NCBI GenBank assembly: GCA_905178155.1
Contig: CAJINV010000004.1
Span: 1,364,881 to 1,428,880, forward strand
From: Amoebophrya sp. A120
Taxonomy: Eukaryota > Protista > Dinoflagellata
Length of the DNA stretch: 64,000 nt
Direction: 5' to 3'
The notes beneath the pieces were generated by a model. The model saw only the letters and a list, made by a program, of their open reading frames with translations, did not search any database and was not told the origin of the DNA. The position numbers and the translations under genes were made by a program. Positions 59,901-64,000 of this stretch are shown here, piece after piece; positions within the stretch are counted from its first letter, which is position 1; every line of letters begins with the position of its first letter.

Positions 59901-62188
59901 ATTTGCATTTGATACGGGGACACCGACTTCGATTTCACCGCGACCGCGTTGCTGGAGGAGGCGGAGGTGATCCATCGCCAGAGCGAGCTGATGAAGGCGC
60001 TGGACCAGCAGAGAAACCGGAACACCAAGGAGCAGTTGCAGCAGCAGCAGAAAAACTCGAAGCGCAAGCAGGAAGAGGAGATCATGTCGCTGGAGGCGCG
60101 GAAGGTCGAGAAGATGGGGGACTGCGTGGCGAAGCAGCGGAAAGTGGAGTTGCTGATGCGCCAGGACCAGAGGAGCCGGAAACGGTTCTTCGACCCGTTT
60201 AAAACCATCCTGGAAGACAAGGAGTTGTCGAACGGCAGCAGCTCCGTTTTCATCCCGAAAACCGACGGAGTGGCGTTCGGGAAGAGAAACCGAAGTAAAA
60301 TGATACAAGCAGCAAATCATGCAGCTGGAGGTAGTGCTAGCAGCAGTAGTGGTAGTAATTATGGGGCGATGACAAGGAATCTTCAGGAAGTAGATGGCAG
60401 CAACAGTGCGAATTCTTTCCACACCGCCAACAGTTTTTCTTGCGGGGGTGGTCCTCGTGGGCATCATCTTCTACATGGTGCGGGGGCCCACCACGACAAC
60501 AACCATGGGTCCGCTAGTAGTTCCTCCAGTAGTAGATATCGTCAGGAAAAATCCCCCCTCCCCATATCGAAAAGGTATCTTTCCGAAAATTTGTGTTGCT
60601 GATTTGAGTTCACAAATCACATTTGTCTTGCAAGAAGACAAGGGCAGAAGCTTCCGCCCCATTGTGGAAGCGATTTGTCATGCTGCTGGGCCTAAACGTC
60701 AGCCGTTTGCAATGCTGAGCAACTAGACCCATACGCCCCTACCTAGCCCGGGGATCTGGCCGCAATGCCTTCCTGCAATACAAATCTGACTTGTGTACGC
60801 AAATCCAGCATCACAGATTTCCTTTTCGATATGGGGTGGGGGCTTTTTTCACTTTGATAATAGAGGCGGAATGAACACGGTGCCCGCTAGTAGTTCCAGT
60901 GTAAACCCAACGCCAACGCTGGCGCCGCAAGAGGATGTCGTCATGGAGGACGTGGAGGGAGAGGATGTACGACGTCCTATCGAGGCAAAAAGAAACGGCG
61001 AGGGCGACGATGATCTTCACGAAAGAAGAGGACTACAAGCAGCGGACGGCGACAAAGACGACGGAGTAGGACTACAACTAGACGATCTCGGACGGATACG
61101 TCTCAACAGTCGGGAACGCATCAACTCCCAAGGGGTGATTTCCACCTCCAGCATCTGTTACTTCGACGAGGAGACGAACCGGGAGGCGCCGGACAGTGGG
61201 GGAAAGCCAAGGAAATTGATCAGCAGCAGTTTGAAGAGTTTGAAGAGGAGCAGTCGGAAGAAGGAGGAGCTGCTGTTTCTTGCGAGGGAGAAAAATGACT
61301 CGCCTCCTTCGAAGGCGAAAGCAGACGGTTCGGATCGTGAAAACCACAATGATAAAGCCGCTCCCAGAACGCCGCCCTCCAAAAGGATAAGTGCCACCAG
61401 GCGAAAGAAGCAACAGGCACCGCATGATCCAGCGGGAAAAAACACCGCTCAGGAGGAAGAAGATCCGGAGATGCTGCGACTTATTCAAGCGGAGCTAGAC
61501 GGTCCGAGACCGGTCGAAACTCTGGCCAAGGAGTCAATGACCCCGCCCTTGGTGTCCGACGTGCTCGATAAGCAACTTGCCCGGTTCAACGAGTTCAACT
61601 TCCAGGAGGACACAGGGTCGGACTCGGAGACCTCGAACAAACAAAGCGACGAGGACCTCGGGTGGAACAGCCCCAACGCGGAGCGGCGGCACGAGATGAA
61701 TGCGAAGTGGAAGCACGATATCCAGGAAAAAAACACCCATCCCCATCCAATTTGTCATGCCAACCATGCATAAGCTCCCTTGTTTGCCATGCAAAAAATG
61801 GATGGGGATGGGTGTTTTTTCCTGGATACACGAGTACCTGAAGAACGAAGCCAAGAACAAGAAGGTGACGCTGAAGCGGGAGCGGCAGGAAAAGGCGGAG
61901 CGCGAGAGAAGGAAGGCGCGGCGGGAGGCCGAAATGAAGGATGTACCGGACGCGCGGGAGTACTACAAAAAGCTTGCCCGGGACCAGCGGAAGCGCCGGA
62001 AGCTGGAAAACCGACTACTCGACAACGATGGCGCAGATGAGCACCATCACATCACCGCGGCCGCCTTGGCGGCTGTTTCGGACGACGAGGACGAGGACGA
62101 AGCGGAAGAGGGGGGACAGGACGCAGATGATTTTGAGGACGTTATGAGAGTGGACATGTCGACGTCCCCCTTCTTCTTATTGATGTGA
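56969..62188 (+). CDS. Chromatin protein with PHD-type fingers, putative SANTA and SANT/Myb-like domains (KNL2/M18BP1-like), multi-exon
   Basis: CHRC..CERC..YHPTC..WTCEIC PHD pattern and a second Cys cluster; FVWTKELDELLL...SWKQV Myb-like segment; frame continuous through five introners. Confidence 0.7.
57354..57678. mobile_element. Degenerate TIR introner (C-like)
   Basis: TATTACAATGAA...TTCATCGTAATA, TSD CAAGA; removal gives QFK|KTKVLRLW. Confidence 0.82.
58225..58458. mobile_element. TIR introner that is also GT-AG compatible
   Basis: TATCCAAGAAAA..TGTTACAGT / ACTGTAACA..TTTTCTTGCGATA, TSD GGAGG. Confidence 0.78.
59646..59914. mobile_element. TIR introner (family B)
   Basis: TSD CGGGG; removal gives KAG|DTDF. 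Confidence 0.93.
60537..60859. mobile_element. TIR introner (family C)
   Basis: TSD GTAGA/ATAGA; near-identical to 40574-40895; frame restored. Confidence 0.9.
61719..61828. mobile_element. Minimal TIR introner (family F, 110 bp)
   Basis: TIR TATCCAGGAAAAAA(A)CACCCATCCCCATCCA, TSD CACGA; removal gives WKH|EYLK. Confidence 0.93.
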
Positions 62189-63382
62189 TTGTGATCATGG
62201 TCATGCTCTTCTCAACTACATAAGGTCAGCTTGCGAAGTGGAGCTTTATTCGCATGGCAAATCCAAGCCAGCACTGCAGTGCAGTCTTTTCGGTAGTTGT
62301 CACGCAAATGCGGGCAAAGTGCCGTTATAGGATTTAGCATTTACCATGACAAATGGGAGGGGGAGCAGTAGTTGTACACTTTCATAGACGTCTTCGCCTT
62401 TCTCGACGGCACCGACGAAAATGGGCAGAAGTTGGAGGATTGGTAGAGCCGGAACGATATAAACAGGCACGACTTGTTGTTGCTGCTTCTTGAGAAAGGG
62501 TGCTCGAGCTAGGGAAGGAAGAAGAGGCTTTTAAGAATTCTGCTTCTTTGCCATTTTGCTTGAGAAAATATGTAATTTTCCGCGTCGTCGGTAGTTAAAG
62601 GCTTGCTTCCTTGTACCACTAGGGTGGTCGTGTAAGAATCTACTACCCCACCTGAGATGAAATAACTGGCGTTTACGTACTAAACCGCCTCATTGGGAGG
62701 AAGTACAACTAGAAGAAGCGTTTGATTGATCCAGATCCACGTATAATTAGACGATTAGATGAACATCAAGAATTTGCCACGTATTATTCATTGATACCAC
62801 AAGCGGATGAAGTTTGAAAATCGAATGCTTCGGTTGAAAACCGAGCTGTTTGGATTTTCCCGAAAAAATAACTTCTGTCATCTTCCACCAGAAAAACTTG
62901 AACTGCAAAACGTCGATGTCGTAGTAGTCGCAGTAGAGCACCTGTGTGTCTACTGCGCCTTCCACTGCTGCCCTCTGGTACTTAGATACCCTCTTCCTCG
63001 AACTGTTTTGACGAAAAGGAAAAAGAGAAATAAACTGACGCGCAAAAGGAGAGAACAAGAATATTGAAGCGGGATGAAGTACACGATGTCGTTTTTACGA
63101 GAGATTCAGATTTTTCATCACTTCGGGAGAGAAGGAACAAAAAACGAAGATTAGCTTCAGCATATTAGCCATGATAGCATCGCGGACTAGTTGTAATTGA
63201 GAGTCTGGAAGTTTTTCCCTGCACCGACATTGCAGTGGTAGAGCAACCTCGCTCTCGAAGAGAAATAAAGGGAGCTAGAGCTAGAAGTAAAAAAGCAGTC
63301 GTCAGAACAGAGCTCGCTTTATCAAAAGAACTACAACGCGGTAAGTAGTGGTTAGTCGTTCCCAATAGACAATAACGTCATC

Positions 63383-64000
63383 ATGTTTGTCGTCGCCGCC
63401 CTAGTTTTCCTGATCGCGGTTCTGTGCCTTCCCTTCCCCCTCGGTGCGAGCTCTTGGTTGGACACAAACTGGCTCGGGAATGAAAACGTCACGAACGTGC
63501 TGCTTTTCCACGGAATGCAGTTCATTCTGCTGGTGACTTTACTCACGAATCTCGTGCAGTTCCTGGTCTACACCAACAGCGCTAGAAGTAGGACGACGAG
63601 GATTTCTGGGGGCGATAGTGCTGCGAAACAAGAGGAGTTGAACAATTATTGTGGTAACGTTTTGATCCCCGCATCTCGTTCTTCGGACGAGACCGGGGTC
63701 AATGTTCCAACCACGACTTCTACGACGAAGCCTGGAGAGGTGAACTTCTTCCACCGCCCACCGCCAGCCGGTGGGGAAGACGCTGTTTTACTGTCTGTGA
63801 TGCAGGATGATCCACAGCACGACGGAACAAGCCGGTACTACGGGACGAATGGCATTTTCATGGCGTCCAACAATTCATCATCATCCCTGACGGCCTCGCT
63901 GTTGTCTTCCCGGAATTATCGAGTGGACGCAGATGAATCGGCACTTCATGCGAAAATAAACAGCACTTCTTCTTGTTCTAAACAATCCCAGTTCATCCTT
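63383..64000 (+). CDS. Partial membrane protein, runs off the window
   Basis: Frame open from ATG 63383 to the window end; two hydrophobic segments (MFVVAALVFLIAVLCLPFPLG; FILLVTLLTNLVQFLVY); upstream exons possible. Confidence 0.55.
   Translation, partial: MFVVAALVFLIAVLCLPFPLGASSWLDTNWLGNENVTNVLLFHGMQFILLVTLLTNLVQFLVYTNSARSRTTRISGGDSAAKQEELNNYCGNVLIPASRSSDETGVNVPTTTSTTKPGEVNFFHRPPPAGGEDAVLLSVMQDDPQHDGTSRYYGTNGIFMASNNSSSSLTASLLSSRNYRVDADESALHAKINSTSSCSKQSQFIL

Noticed and set aside
6314-60726. Recurrent short peptides (FQTQT, SGSGR, KNVPTPE, WGGGFF) as a protein family
   Set aside because: They are translations of introner TIRs, not genes

Overview
Eukaryotic, intron-dense genomic DNA. The gene content and intron style point to an alveolate, most likely a syndinian dinoflagellate such as Amoebophrya (inference). 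Genes form two unidirectional blocks. The minus-strand block runs up to ~16.7 kb: a PSTAIRE CDK, a secreted beta-propeller-like protein and an F-box/TPR-like protein. The plus-strand block starts at ~26.8 kb: an 839-aa orphan, eIF3d, hypothetical genes, a CAX Ca2+/H+ exchanger and a PHD+SANTA+SANT (KNL2-like) protein. The dominant signal is at least 35 MITE-like introns (introners) from about 10 sequence families. All have TAY...RTA terminal inverted repeats, most with a perfect 5-bp target-site duplication (TSD), and they sit mainly inside coding exons. Removing the element plus one TSD copy restores the reading frame, although most cannot be spliced as GT-AG. The divergent strand-switch region holds a gag-only Ty1/copia-like LTR element (non-canonical TCC...GGA LTR ends, half-tRNAiMet primer site, RanBP2 zinc finger) and a 4.4-kb foldback/satellite mosaic. 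A Helitron-like element is nested inside the inverted repeat of one introner. Coordinates were read by eye and may be off by a few bases. No database searches were run.
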